A DNA stretch of 63,365 bases, filler included, from Atractiella rhizophila (GCA_021432655.1; 32 parts of 32 records of this genome joined end to end with filler, not necessarily neighbours in it); one strand, 5' to 3'; shown: positions 23,038-36,104, counted from the first letter of the whole stretch. Program-made: numbers and translations. The notes: a model not told the origin generated them from the sequence alone.

Positions 23038-23784
23038 TTGGCTTTGGATCGGGCTCCTTTGACGGTGCCCTCGAAGTTGTCATATTTCTCACTTGGATTT
23101 CTCGAGGATCTCGAGCACGCAGTCAGCACCGACAGCGAGAGCGTAATATATCTTTTCGTTACCTTAGATCAGAATGGTGTTAGGGTAACCTCCGGGAAGG
23201 GCGATTATCATTCATCTCCCAATTCATCTACCTATTCACTCACAGATTCATTGGTCGAATCGGAAGATGATTCACCAGCAGATAAGAAGCCCTTCACTCA
23301 CACGTTTCCTCTCCATGCAGAAAATCGCCCCGCAGCCATCTTTGCTCTCATCGCCTGGTTCGGCGTAAAGCACTTTATCCCGTCGTACGACTGGCACGAT
23401 ACATCGTCATATGGCGAGGGTGCAGACACTATCGAACTCTCGCTCTCTCCAACCCCAGGAGTTGCTCCATGCTATATCTCGCGCCTACCTGTCGAGCTCC
23501 TCTCTCACATCTTCAATTTCCTCACAATCCGCAAAAATAACAGCCTCAGATACGACAGGTCTCAGCTCACTTCCGTGTGCCAGCTCTGGAAGACTGTTTC
23601 AGTTCCTTATTGGGATGAACCCAACTCAATAGAGGAGAAGCTGGCTCGCTTGAAACTGTATCCCGGTGCTGGACGTCTGTGGAACGAGCTGCGAATTAGA
23701 CACTATGTCAGTGTGAACATGGTGAATGAGATCATAATTGTAATACGGGTTAGAAGTATTGATAATGTGCAATGTTTACGTTGA
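23038..23784 (+). CDS. F-box domain protein (partial; probably disrupted at about 23739)
   Basis: YISRLPVELLSHIFNFL...LTSVCQLWKTVS is a canonical F-box. The ORF ends shortly after entering a probable LTR. Confidence 0.75.
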   Translation: MALDRAPLTVPSKLSYFSLGFLEDLEHAVSTDSESVIYLFVTLDQNGVRVTSGKGDYHSSPNSSTYSLTDSLVESEDDSPADKKPFTHTFPLHAENRPAAIFALIAWFGVKHFIPSYDWHDTSSYGEGADTIELSLSPTPGVAPCYISRLPVELLSHIFNFLTIRKNNSLRYDRSQLTSVCQLWKTVSVPYWDEPNSIEEKLARLKLYPGAGRLWNELRIRHYVSVNMVNEIIIVIRVRSIDNVQCLR

Positions 23785-24073
23785 AGTACTTATCTGATTC
23801 CGTGTTCAATTTCCAATCTGTCTCAGTCATTTCTCCCTCGCACACAACCACCATCTGTCTTTACTCGTAGCGTCTTTTAATCGTTACGCATTGTTGTAGT
23901 GTGCGAGGCGAGTAGCCCTTTACTTTCTTACATCTTACTTATGCCAATGGGCACTCTTCAGGTTCCTTAACATTCCCCCTTTTGAGAGCCCCTGTTATCG
24001 TATAAGAGCACCCGGACTAGAAGGTAGGCTTAGGCCTTCTTAGTCCACATTCTTGTCGCTTATTTCTGTCACA
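23739..24073. mobile_element. Probable retrotransposon LTR (335 bp)
   Basis: Begins TGTAATA and ends TGTCACA (TG...CA, imperfect 7-bp inverted termini). It is non-coding and abuts the contig end. No TSD is verifiable. Confidence 0.45.
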
Positions 24074-24176
24074 GAGNNNNNNNNNNNNNNNNNNNNNNNN
24101 NNNNNNNNNNNNNNNNNNNNTTAATTAATTAANNNNNNNNNNNNNNNNNNNNNNNNNNNNNNNNNNNNNNNNNNNN

Positions 24177-25177
24177 TATTGGCAACTTAACTGCCTTTGC
24201 CTTTCAAACAGTGCAATCAAGGCTGTACACCTCCGCAGGTTTGACGCCTCAAATTTGAAAATGCCGCAAGCTAAAGATGCTACAGGTGCCAACCTTCTAT
24301 ATCTCCCCACCGTTCAAGTAAGTCTTCCATTTTCTTGAGAAGACAAGACCTGAAAGATCAATCCAGGCTGTTACGAAGGTTCATATGGTTTTAATTCATA
24401 ATTAAACTACTGAGTGAACTTGCAGGAAAATACTCTGGGAGTGAATGCTGCAGAGACTCCCGGTGCGCCAACTTACGTTTACCATGCGCTCTACGATGAG
24501 ATGTGAGCATCCTAACATTGTGATAATAACGTTCTGATTGCCGGACAGCATACCCGTTGGTGATACTGATACCATGGTGAACGCGTATTGTTCTAACGGA
24601 GGCAACATTATTTACGAGGTTTGTCTCCTCGAAAGTATTCCTCCTATAACTGATCTAAAACGAACTAGAAAAACATCGGTAACCCTACGTCTTTGTAATT
24701 GCCTGCGGTTCTGACGGCGCAACCAGGACTGAGCGAACACGCCAGCCTAGAAATTTTAAGCATCGGTACAATCCTTTTATTTCAAAAGCTCATAATGCTA
24801 ACTAGATTCCAGGTCGTGTCACGAACTTCTTCATTGATAGGTTCGCCGGAAAGGCTATTTCTGCAGGATGTACCCGACGTAAATGCTCGACCTCTGCCAG
24901 TCACCAGGACTAATGCGAAGTGTAGGCAACATCACAACAACTGAATTGCTCACAAACCCACAAGTTGAAGGGACGGGAATGGAATCAGTTTGGAATCAGT
25001 TGCTTGGCTTTATGGGACAGGAGGTTGGGGATAAATCTGAGGGAAATGACAGGTAAATTCCTCTTACTACGCTCTATGTCAAAGTCACTGATCTGTTGCA
25101 GGATTTGGAAAGAGAACACAAGGGAAGCGTCGACAGAATACAATTCTACGACGACGACGATGAGGACACGATGGTAA
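24177..25177 (+). CDS. Secretory lipase (LIP / CalA-like family), C-terminal exons, 5'-truncated
   Basis: Spliced ENTLG..TPGAPTYVYHALYDEI|IPVGDTDTMVNAYCSNGGNIIYE|KNI|GLSEHASLEILSI|GRVTNFFIDRFAGK..GC contains the catalytic Asp and His contexts of the LIP family. Confidence 0.8.
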
Positions 25178-25827
25178 CGAGTGATGAGCCGATTCAGCGC
25201 TTATGCAGGGGAAGGAGAAGGAAAGGCGTCTCATTTTCATGAAGTGCCAATCAATATCAATATGGAGTACGTGCAAGCGCGTTGTCACCTTGTATCTTTG
25301 AAATTACAAGTGTTGTGAGTGAACTTGAAAAGTCGCTACTATCACGCTACCTATTAGTGTTCCGACACCGTCCTATCCATATCCATCACTCTGAGTCGAC
25401 TCGTAATGTCTCGTGGGTCAGGACGATGCCACTAGTTCAAATTCGACTAGTCCGCACATTCAAGCTTCAGGTCATCATCCTGATGACTTATGGTACTATT
25501 CCAGCCTTTAAGCGCCTTCAAGTTCTCCAACTGCAACATCATGATCACATCCCTAGTGGCAATTGATGCGGGACCACGAGTGCTCAAATGTTCACCTATG
25601 GCTTCTTCAAGCTATTCATTCAACACTCCTCTGAGGCGGATAAATGACCAATTTTGCCGAACCACACTTTGGATGATATGATAGAGAAAGTGAAATTGGT
25701 ATCTCTTGGTCAGTGTTTCTCTTTCTCCTCACCAGATGGACCATGCTAGTGCCAGACCAAAATCCGAAGGTAACAGACATAAAAGCCGTCCTGCATTGGC
25801 TGTTCTCCCAGCTGCCAGAGTAACAGT

Positions 25828-26034
25828 ATGTGGATCACAATCCTCTTCAGCTTACTGCCGTTCGTCACCCCCTTTCCATTCTCTGGAAATAGGAAGCATA
25901 GTCCCACACTCAAGGGAGCCGCCCCTCAAGGCTTGTTGGTCGGGGCAGCTCTCAATACGTCCTATCTACGCAATCCCTCTCTGCCAGAATATGCTAAAGT
26001 AGCTGGAGCTCAATTCTCCATTTTTACCCCGGAG
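25828..26034 (+). CDS. GH10 endo-1,4-beta-xylanase, first exon
   Basis: Signal-peptide-like start, then LKGAA..LLVGAALN..YL..Y....QFSIFTPE followed by a GT donor; this is the GH10 N-terminal pattern preceding N.MKW. Confidence 0.8.
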
Positions 26035-26169
26035 GTGCGCGGCTTCTCCCTTTGCGTGGAAAATAATAGNNNNNNNNNNNNNNNNNNNNNNNNNNNNNNN
26101 NNNNNNNNNNNNNTTAATTAATTAANNNNNNNNNNNNNNNNNNNNNNNNNNNNNNNNNNNNNNNNNNNN

Positions 26170-28059
26170 TTGGGACGAGGTAACTTTCTGCTCTTGGAAG
26201 AGGCAAATCCTGAGCGAAAGGCGCGCAGGCACATTTTGGGAAATTCGGCGCATACTACCTCAACCGCACATTCTATTTTGATGTACACCCTCCGCTAGGG
26301 AAAATGCTTGTTGGACTTGCAGGAGCCCTGTCTGGTTTCAATGGCGCATACGACTACCCTTCCGGCCAGACTTATCCTTCCCATGTCCCCTTCAAGATGA
26401 TGAGGATATTGATGGCGCTGCCTGGTGTCATGATGGTCCCCCTTGCGTGGGGCACTACTGGAGCTCTTGGATTCACACGTTGGGCCAGGCATCTTGTCAC
26501 GACCATGGTTCTGTGTGGTATGTACTTACTGTTAGGAATCCTGACAATCCTTTGAAAACGCTCTTTCAGATATTGCTTGGACCGTCATCTCTCGCTTCGT
26601 GCTGCTGGACTCAATGCTTCTATTCTTCACGAGCACTACAACGTTCTGCCTAACTATGTTTCACACTTGTCAAAACATGTGAGTGATAAAACACTTCCCT
26701 GATGTTCAAGCTAACGATTCGCTCTAGCCCGTTTGACGAAGAATGGTGGCTTTGGTTAATTTTGACTGGCGTCTCCATAGGCTGCGTGATAAGGTCCGTT
26801 TTAAGTGTTGTCGCCTCAATCTCCAACCAATGATGATTTAGTGTCAAGTGGGTGGGATTCTTTGTCACTGCTGTCGTAGGAGTGTACACCATACTGGATT
26901 TGTGGGATAAATTTGGCGACCTCCGAATGCCAGTTGTAAGTGTTCGTGTCCAGAGTGTACATTTGTACTGATGATGCCTAGCGTGTATACTTTCGTCACT
27001 GGGTAGCACGAATAATGTGTCTCATTGTCCTTCCTCTCTCAATCTACATCCTTTGCTTCAAAGTACGCCACAAAATCTCTCTCTAGTAAATGTCTAAGCA
27101 TAGAATTAGATTCATTTCTTGATATTGGATCGGTCTGGCCCGGGAGATGCTCAGATGAGTTCCTTATTCCAAGCAAATCTTAGGGGAAATGCATTCGCAA
27201 AAAATCCGCTAGGTATGCGCAATAATGCCTGTCCCTATTGCTAGCTAATCTGCTGACTCAGAACCTGCTTTTGGATCGAAAATTACTCTCAAAAACATGG
27301 GTTATGGCGGCGGTTTACTGCACTCGCACGTCCAAACGTACCCTTCAGGCTCTCAGCAGCAACAGGTTACGTGCTATCACTACAACGATGCGAACAACGA
27401 ATGGATTATCACCCCACGCTGGGAGGATCCTGCCATTGATCCTCATGGAGAACTGCGGTACCTCAAGGATCTAGACTTTGTCCGCCTGGTCCACAAACAA
27501 ACTGGGCGAAATCTCCACTCTCACTCTGTCGTTGCCCCAGTCACGAAGCTCAACAACGAAGTCTCCTGCTATGGTAACGCGACTATCGGCGACTCGAACG
27601 ATTATTGGAAAGTGCACGTTGTGGATGACATGCTGAGAGGGAGGAAGAAGAATGTCGATCGTATCCACAGTCTCACCACAAGGCTCAGGTTCCAACATGT
27701 CAATTCGGGCTGTTGGCTGCGGGCTGCGAATGCTGTACTTCCTCAGTGGGGTTTCAAGCAAGTAGAGGTGTCCTGTGACAAAACCAACAATCCTAATGAC
27801 GAGCATACCTATTGGAACATAGAGAGTCATTCTAATGATCGATGTACTTCATCTCCTTTCACATCTCGATTCCTTCTGACTGATGGTTCATTGCAGTACC
27901 CGCTGGTGATATCAAGCTCTATCGTTCCCCGTTTTGGCGAGATTTTTTGCATCTCAACGTAGCTATGTGGACGTCAAATAACGCTTTGATCCCTGACGCG
28001 GACAAGGAGGATAATCTTGCTTCGAGTGCTTGGGATTGGCCCTTCCTCTATAAAGGCAT
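26170..28059 (+). CDS. PMT2: Dolichyl-phosphate-mannose protein O-mannosyltransferase, PMT2 subfamily (internal, multi-exon)
   Basis: [64 protein letters not shown], and MIR repeats [36 protein letters not shown]. Confidence 0.95.
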
Positions 28060-28159
28060 NNNNNNNNNNNNNNNNNNNNNNNNNNNNNNNNNNNNNNNNN
28101 NNNTTAATTAATTAANNNNNNNNNNNNNNNNNNNNNNNNNNNNNNNNNNNNNNNNNNNN

Positions 28160-28391
28160 CCGCCTCGTCGTGCACGCTCTCCCTCCCCCCGCTTCCATAG
28201 CCGTTCTCCACGCCTCCCAAACGCTTCAGCAGCTGCGTACTCTTGTTCATCGGTCCCGGAGAGGACCTGCCTGAGGGATTATTTCCATTCCTTGCTGGAG
28301 AGGCACGACCTGTCCCCGGACCCGTTGGTAAGCGTAAGTCTTGGGATGGCGGGCGACGGGCGGAGGCGTAGGGGAGCTGGGTGCGCGACAT
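28160..28391 (-). CDS. Hypothetical protein, N-terminal low-complexity start, 3'-truncated
   Basis: The ATG-initiated ORF is open to the contig end. Confidence 0.35.
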
Positions 28392-28628
28392 CTTGCCTTG
28401 TTGTGGGTGTAGGAAGGATACAAGTGCAAGAGGGTTGTCGCTTCATCTATCGTAGAGCGGAGGGATACTTCGGGGCCGCATGTTCCGTTGGCGACAACAA
28501 CTATGGACTCACCCAACAAGGAAACAGCTCACAGACTGGCTCACAGAGTCAGTGCCTGTGCCCCAATCAGAGCGACAGCACCACATTGATTCAACGCCAA
28601 AGATGGACCGCTTGTCGACAACCAAGAG

Positions 28629-30048
28629 GTGAAAGATCCTTTCGCAGGACTAGTCCTCATTGAATTAAAGAATTTGGTCGATATATTTTGTAGGACGCCG
28701 CAAATTCGTGAAAGGTACCAGTATTTGCGACCTACAAACAAGGGTGCGCTTGAGTTTATGAAAATTCTGCGTGCAAGTTCGGAAAGTACAGAGGCAAAGC
28801 GGTATGGCACCGTGGTGGGTTTCCTTGTGTTGTAGTTTATGCATTTTTATTTGCGATGTTGCAAGAACGAAGCATTGCGTTCCGTTGGAATCGACAACGA
28901 GAACATCGTTGTTCGAATTAGCGAGAGACATCGGATTCAAGCCAACAGTTGTGCTCGTCCTGACTTTGTCTGTCACGAAGATACTGAGCGCAAGTGTCTG
29001 CAAGGCGAGAATCGTCTTGGTGGCAGTAAAGAAGGAGAGGCCATGGATTACCCAGTTTTGAAGAGTTACATCGAAGCGACGACTGACGACGAAGACGCCT
29101 TCTCCCGTTCGATTGTTGGATTCAGACAGCCATCTTATCACCTACTGTCGGCTCTGAAAAATTGGTCGCAGAATACTCAGCGCTTGATACGACCCTGTAC
29201 GTCTGGAAACGTTTTCGACTCGCGGTCGCCACACCCGACCACCTCTTATTCACTTCCGTTCTGGACCTTCTCACCAAAGATGCGCCATCGACATCGTCAG
29301 ATGCAGAGCTGACGGTGGCACACGTATCTGAAGATGCAAAAACCTATATTTGGCTTCTCAGGGCTATAACGACGATGACACCGGAGGATTTGGGGCTCTT
29401 AAGGCAATTTCATATGGAGGATGGAGTTTTATGGATGGATCTCACACTGGAAGCAGCTAGAGTCGCCGAGGCAACCACTGACGATGACGTTAAGCATGTT
29501 GAGGAAGTAAGTAAGAAGGCGACAAACAATGGGATTGGAAATTCCGAAGAAAGAAGTCGTAGTGCAGTTAGCATTGTAGAGCTAGACGGAAGGGCTGGAG
29601 GAAAGGAGCCGCGTGACTGTGTGCAGACTGCTCCGAAAAACCATTGGGTGAAGGTAACTCAAGTCCCATACCGAGAGTGCGAAGCGTTCGGACGACATCC
29701 GTGATACTACAGTTACCTGGACGGCAACGAAACACGCTTCTTCAAAACCGTCATTCCTACGACATTCCCAACCGATATTCCGAATCCGAGACTTACGCCG
29801 TGTTGAAGGCAAAGGGGGTCTCAAACCTTCCCACTGTCGATCACACTACCTGCGAACTAGAACAAAATCGATTTGAGCGTTCTTCGCACGCTTCACGAGG
29901 AGAAGAACGTTAAGTATATAGAGAAGATTGAGGAAGAGATTGATACTGCGAAGGCGAATTCGGAGAAAGCGAAGGCGAGGAAAGCGAGAAGAGGAGGTAG
30001 GACGAATCAGGACCAGGGTCACAACCAGCCCGACGAGGCAACGACTGG
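28629..30048 (+). pseudogene. Degenerate coding region of unknown family
   Basis: Collinear ORF pieces (28629, 28839, 29162, 29873) are separated by single stops or frameshifts, e.g. GFLVL*FMHFYLRCC. Confidence 0.4.
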
Positions 30049-30148
30049 NNNNNNNNNNNNNNNNNNNNNNNNNNNNNNNNNNNNNNNNNNNNTTAATTAA
30101 TTAANNNNNNNNNNNNNNNNNNNNNNNNNNNNNNNNNNNNNNNNNNNN

Positions 30149-32036
30149 TTGAGATCGCCTGTCTTGTGTCCCTCGGTTCTGGCATTACGCCTGCCATCAA
30201 GTTGGGCCACACTCGAGATGATGTTGAGCGAGCATTGGAGGCGATAATCATGGATTGCTCAAGGGTTTCGAACGAGGTGAAGGCGATGATGCAAGAGCGG
30301 AGGACGGGGCATTGTTACCATCGTTTCTCGGTCGATACGTTTGGAGATTTCAAATGGCAGGAGTGGTGGCGAAAGAATGATGCCGTAGGCGGCACGAAGG
30401 CTTACATGGAAGCGATGAAGCATGAAGTGTTGAGTGTTGCTCAATCGCTGGCGAAAGGTATATGCTTCGTCATTGGTAATTATATGCTAACGTTCTGCTC
30501 GGTAGACCATAAAGATCGTGTCGCAGTGCACAGGAAGATCGCTTTACCTCCTCTAGCGGCTTGTTACGGAAGAGAAGAGGAAGTGGAGAAAGCAATAGAG
30601 TTCATCCTTACCGACAAGAAGCACCTTGCTATCATTGGTGGCGCAGGGAACGGCAAATCTACCGTTGCACTAGAAGTCCTACATGCAGACAGAATCAAGA
30701 ATACCTTTAGGACAGCCATGGAGGGTAAGCCAGAAGACTTTCGCTTTTGGACACGATGCGACGCTTTCTCCGACTTCTCCTCTCTCTCAACCAATCTATG
30801 CAAGGAAGTTTTTGGATTGGCTCCTCCGCCTGGCGAAGATGAGCTTACTGCTGTCGCACACTATTTCAACACTCACAAGTGTCTCCTTATCCTCGATAAT
30901 TTTGAGAACCCCGCACGGTCTGACAAGAATAACCTACAGCCATTCTTCCAGGCTTTCTTTTCCAGACAATGCCCCTCTGGTTCTATTCTCGTTGTAGTAC
31001 ATCGAGGCCATCAAGTTGAGCATGTGAACTCGAAAGGTGTGAGATTTCAAGAACTGGTGATTGGAGGCTTGAGCGACGTCGGCGCGCTTGGTATGTTTGA
31101 ATATATGTACGTCGGCGGAAAAGGATACCGCCAGGATGACGACCAGCTAGTCGAGGACATTGTCGCCAAGCTGGATCGTCATGCCTTGTCTATCAAGCTC
31201 TTCATTCTTCGTGCGAATGAAGAATCCACCAAGGAGCTAAGGGTTTTGGTGGGTGAATGGGAGGCAAAGAAAACGAACGTACTCTGGAATGAAGACAGCG
31301 AAGAGACGCACACTCTGGCAACTTCGATCTCCTTCTCGTTCGATTCGCCTCTGCTCAAGAAGAACGAGGACCTCAGTGCTTTTATCCTTGCCCTTCTTTC
31401 TTGGACCCCTGATGGTCTTCTGGCTGACGACATTATCGCCTTTGGCAATAACTCCAGCCTTCCCCACTCAGAGGATTCTGCTGTGCTTGTCACCTCAATC
31501 TTAAAAGTCGGACTTGCTGAAAATGTTGATGATACTCTTACACACACCTCACGATTGCGCATGCTGGCCCCAATTCGTGAATATATCAACCGTTTGGTGT
31601 TGGGTCCTCTTCCTCCTTTCAAAGTCACTGCTTTATCGCTCAATCCCTTGACTGAAGGTCTCATTGAGAAGGCTGGTAAAAGTTTTCGACAGTTTGAAGA
31701 TGATGCTGAACGGATCGGACTGTTGACTTTTCGCAACGATTTTCCAAACCTTGAACACATACTTCTAGCTGCCTTCAAACATCTCAAAGATCCAACGATG
31801 GGAATCAATTTCATCATCAAAATTTGGAGATTTCTATATCTTCAAAGGCTCCTCTCAGCGGCATTGATCCAGAGTGCTTTATCCTGCAAGAAGCTTACAT
31901 CACCTCCAGCAATCACAGCCGAATTGAACAGGGTTCTTGGGTTATGTTTCCAACAGAAAGGGAACCCACAACAGGCACTGAAACAGTTTGAGGAGGCAAA
32001 GCAGCTGTATCTGGTGGTGGAAGATCGGCAAGGCCT
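30149..32036 (+). CDS. NLR-like STAND protein: patatin-like C-terminal part + NB-ARC-type NTPase + TPR start (both ends truncated)
   Basis: IACLVSLGSG and YHRFSVD..WQEW (patatin C-terminus); CYGREEEV; Walker A GGAGNGKS (30637-30660); Walker B LLILDNFE (about 30883-30906); LDRHALSI; LRMLAPIREY; TPR-like LGLCFQQKGNPQQALKQFEEAKQLY. A probable in-frame 48-nt intron lies at 30458-30505. Confidence 0.85.
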
Positions 32037-32136
32037 NNNNNNNNNNNNNNNNNNNNNNNNNNNNNNNNNNNNNNNNNNNNTTAATTAATTAANNNNNNNN
32101 NNNNNNNNNNNNNNNNNNNNNNNNNNNNNNNNNNNN

Positions 32137-33535
32137 TTGAAAAAGCTAACGGCCGTCAAATTGGGAAACCTGTTCTTGGTTTCGACAGCAAGCAACTGCT
32201 GAGCCCAAACGGCTTTCATTTGCACCTCGCTCGCTCCACCCTCGTGTGGTGTGAGGGAGGTGAGGTTTGATACCTCATCGAAAGGGACTTCTGAATCGGC
32301 TGGGTAGTGGGCAAGAGATTGAGGAATATAGTAGTGATATTGTGCTGCTGTCTCGCTGACGACGACAGGGTGAGAGGGTCCGTAGCTTTGACCAGCGAAT
32401 CAGCCAAGCATGTTGAAGAAATGCATAGAACGAACCGATCGTGGAACCTTGAGAAGAGAGAAAAGAAAGTCCCATCAGGCGTGACGGTATTCAGTGTTTG
32501 CCCTTCACCCGAAGAATAGAAAGAGAGTCCGGCAATGTCCACATCTATCTCTCATTGCATCAGCTGAATGGAACATGCCGTCGAACCAGAAGGAGATACA
32601 TTCGGTGCCCTGTTTTAGTCAAAATGTCAGCTCTGGTGATTGGAAAAAGAGCGGGGTTTCGAACGAACGGGATAATAAGCCTCATAACCCCTGAGCTGTC
32701 CAACATCTGTTGCGTCTGGACTCCCATAGATGTTCGGAGACCACAGCATGAACGTGCTATTTGTAGATGCGTGGACTGCAGACGCTAGATCTCGAAAGGC
32801 AGTTATGAAAGGCTCAGGTTGCAAGCCATACGCCATCCATTCTCCATTCTAGTTTTTCATCATTCTAAATACGAAGAGAGAAGAGAAGATATATACCATC
32901 TCGTACGCAAATCTGTTCAACGTTAGAGCAGTTCAGTACCAGGATGATGAGACAAACCGTAGCCAAACAGTTATATTCCGTCGGTTGAAGTTCCTGCACT
33001 TCTCAACAAGCGCATCTCGCATCGCGCCAGTCCATCCGTCTCCCTCTAAACTGCGGCTAGGAATGATGGCAGGTGCATAGACAGTACCTTCTGGCAATTC
33101 GGACAGGCCGTACGAGTGCCAATCCATTTGACCTAGCGAAGTGTCCTACAATCCAGCGTCGAGCTTGAGTATTGGAGTAAGTATATCGGATTTAGAGATG
33201 ACGAACAGAAGGAGAAATGGACACATAGTCTCCGACGATGGCGATGGGAGCGCCTAGACGCTGATTGATGTCGCGAGGCGATTCATTGGTCCAATCCGGC
33301 AGAGCACTTGTGGGAATATAAGCGTCAGCTTAGCGTAACCGGATAGGATGACATTGAATCACCCTACGAAGATTCCACTCTTCGAGATCTTGTCGCCAGT
33401 CAGTCCAAGGTTAGAAGGACGTTCAAGTTGGGCGATCGCAACCCCACTGAACCAAAGTCAAAGATGATTCAAATCATTAAAGAGGAAAGCTCACTATAGG
33501 CTTGTAATGAGCGCGAATCGGGACCGCGGCAGCAT
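32137..33535 (-). CDS. Glycoside hydrolase family 26-like secreted protein, multi-exon, 3'-truncated
   Basis: VWLR|FAYEM|NGEWMAYG (acid/base Glu), F..AFR, MLWSPN, YEAYYP, VDIAGLSFY and RFPNLTAVSFF; signal-peptide-like start MLPRSRFALITSL. Confidence 0.85.
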
Positions 33536-35138
33536 AACAGCCTGAAAGACAAAACGAGCTTGAGGGATTCGAAATCAGTCTTTAATGCTTCATCGGCTGA
33601 TTTACACAAGCTCACATTGACGTCTTGGCTATTTCCTGAGCTCAAACGCGAGCGATAAGGCCGTCATAAACGTGCCACGGCTGTGTCATGGTGGCAAAGA
33701 TCGTTGTGAGATTACGATTGTGACGGTCAAGATGCTTGGGCCAAATTCGAAGAGGAAACTAAACTGTAACTTCGGAAGTGAACCTCTATGCGGGATTCCC
33801 ACGATACTGGCAGGCCTAGGCAGAGAGACTTGTACCTGTAACAAAAGGACTCGGGGCAAGTCATGGCAGGAATTACAGAAAGTCAAAAAGCAAAGCACTT
33901 TGCTGATCACCACATCATCCCGCAGACTTGTTGATTGACTGAAAAGATTTACATGGATCAGTCTGACTTTCTTGAGCAGGGTAGTAGTTCTCAGGTCAAC
34001 CAGAGTCAGTAGTCTACTAGTATNNNNNNNNNNNNNNNNNNNNNNNNNNNNNNNNNNNNNNNNNNNNTTAATTAATTAANNNNNNNNNNNNNNNNNNNNN
34101 NNNNNNNNNNNNNNNNNNNNNNNGATCCGCTCGAATGTTATGCTTTGGCACACAGTAGATGTTTCAGCATTTCTTCCTTTTCATATGCTGATGTGATGGA
34201 AGGATACTCTTGTGAAGAGTTGAAAGATAAAGCCTTGACTGAGTTACCAGGACTTCTTGATGGAAACACGTTCGATCTTGTCTTTACTCCTTACGCCATC
34301 GCCTTTGAGCCCATTAGGTTGTGTCTTCTGAGGCATCTTCAGAAGAACAGCGTAAGTAGCATGCATCTCTATGAAAATAGCTTTGAGTTTTTTGTAGAAC
34401 CAACTATGTGAAAACACATCCTTTCAGCAACTCCCTTTGCGCCAACTCCTCCCACTAGACGTTGAAGTGCCAGCTTTTGATCTTGGTTTACCATACGTTG
34501 AAGCAGAGAAAGAAGAAATAGCTAAGAACATCTGGAAGGAGTTGGTGAAATATCTTCGTTGCTACTGAGCTGCTTACTTTGAGGAAGTCGAGAAGCAATA
34601 CCTTGAAATACAAGACGAAATGTGTAACTCATTCAGCCTTTATGAAGAGTGGTGATATCTTCGTTAGAGCAGAAATCCAAGCATGTTTCAAGATTGTAAG
34701 ACAGTACGAGCATCATAACAATATCTCTCCCTTACCGCCATCTCTTCTACTGGTATGTCTGCCACTTCAAGACAAGAAGATCCTGCCTCTCAGAATCCTG
34801 ATAAATTAAGAAGCTCCCATATTGTAAACCTGTACCACAAGATCTTTGAACCTGAGTGAGTGTGGGAAAAGGAGGGTGAAGAGGACACAAAAGAAACAGA
34901 GAAGGAGGAGCTGCAACTACCAGGGGAGCATTTAGAAGCCTTTAGGGAACATGAACTACAAGGGGGAGGACCGAATGGAGAATTTAGAACCATATAAACA
35001 AGAAGATTCCTGCAAACAAATCCATTTATCGAAGGAAAGCACTAGATGGTTGCAGAAGATGAGAGTGGAGCTGAGGCTGAAGCTGAAGGGTTTGGGATGA
35101 ATAGGCACGAGTAAACCAACTGCAGCTGAAAACTGACA

Positions 35139-36004
35139 TTGATGGGCATACAAGATGGTCGAAAGAAGCTGTTTAGGTGGCTTGAATATTATTACTGTGA
35201 CCACGGAAGCCAACATCCCTCACATGACCCCATCAGCATACAACGCATTCCTCAGACTAGCTGTATAGCCAAGCCAAGGGTTGCGAAGCTCCTCAATCAG
35301 CCCATTGTCCTCATCACAATTGAAGACAATCACACTGGACATGACCCACATTCTATCATTGACTTTCAGCATTCCAGAATGCCTTCACCACTGGCAAAAT
35401 GGCTTGACAATAAGATTAAAAGGGGGATGGAATGGCCTGCAATCCATGCTCTCCTGCACCAGTCGATGGCTAGTCTGAAATGTGGATTTGAGCTATCAGG
35501 GTGACAAGGGATTTTTCCTAGTTCATAGTAACTTGTGCAATGAGTTTGAAATCCCCAAAGTCTTTCAGAATCAAGTGTGTGGATGTTTATAATAGGATCA
35601 TGAACAAAGTACTCACAAAGAGTCAATTGGATGCAAATGGATTCAAGGTCTTGAGAAATGGAAGGAGAAACTAGAAAAAGTGGACTACCTTTGCTTCTTA
35701 GCATAGAACCAAGTCTATGTTTCCAATGGTTCTATGGATTTCATCATGTTTGCAATCTCCTCTCTGTGGCAGCAAGGAATGCTCAAAAGATACCCGAAGA
35801 TGGTTGGATGGATTCCAAGTACAACATGTTCTTCACATGGACTGCAAGCAATCTGCGGGATCAGAGGAAGGAGCTGAGGAGGGAAATGATCATCAAGACG
35901 AAGAAAACCGGTTCAAACCTATTCACCATCTGCACCTTCAGTGTCCAATCACAAAATTTTGCCTCCACACATTCCATCTGCGACACAATCCCCTCCACCA
36001 CAAG
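35139..36004 (+). pseudogene. Mutator/MULE-like transposase remnant
   Basis: YYCDHG..C.AK..HTGHDP..RMP..KWL..I..GMEW.AI..LL (WRKY/GCM1-like DNA-binding region), then WMDSKYN and LFTI (start of the DDE core). Stops and frameshifts intervene, and CpG is scarce. Confidence 0.7.
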
Positions 36005-36104
36005 NNNNNNNNNNNNNNNNNNNNNNNNNNNNNNNNNNNNNNNNNNNNTTAATTAATTAANNNNNNNNNNNNNNNNNNNNNNNNNNNNNNNNNNNNNNNN
36101 NNNN

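Noticed and set aside
24177..33535. Apparent secreted-enzyme/immunity cluster (lipase, GH10, PMT2, NLR, GH26)
   Set aside because: Only the lipase and GH10 share a contig; the rest are adjacent through size sorting.
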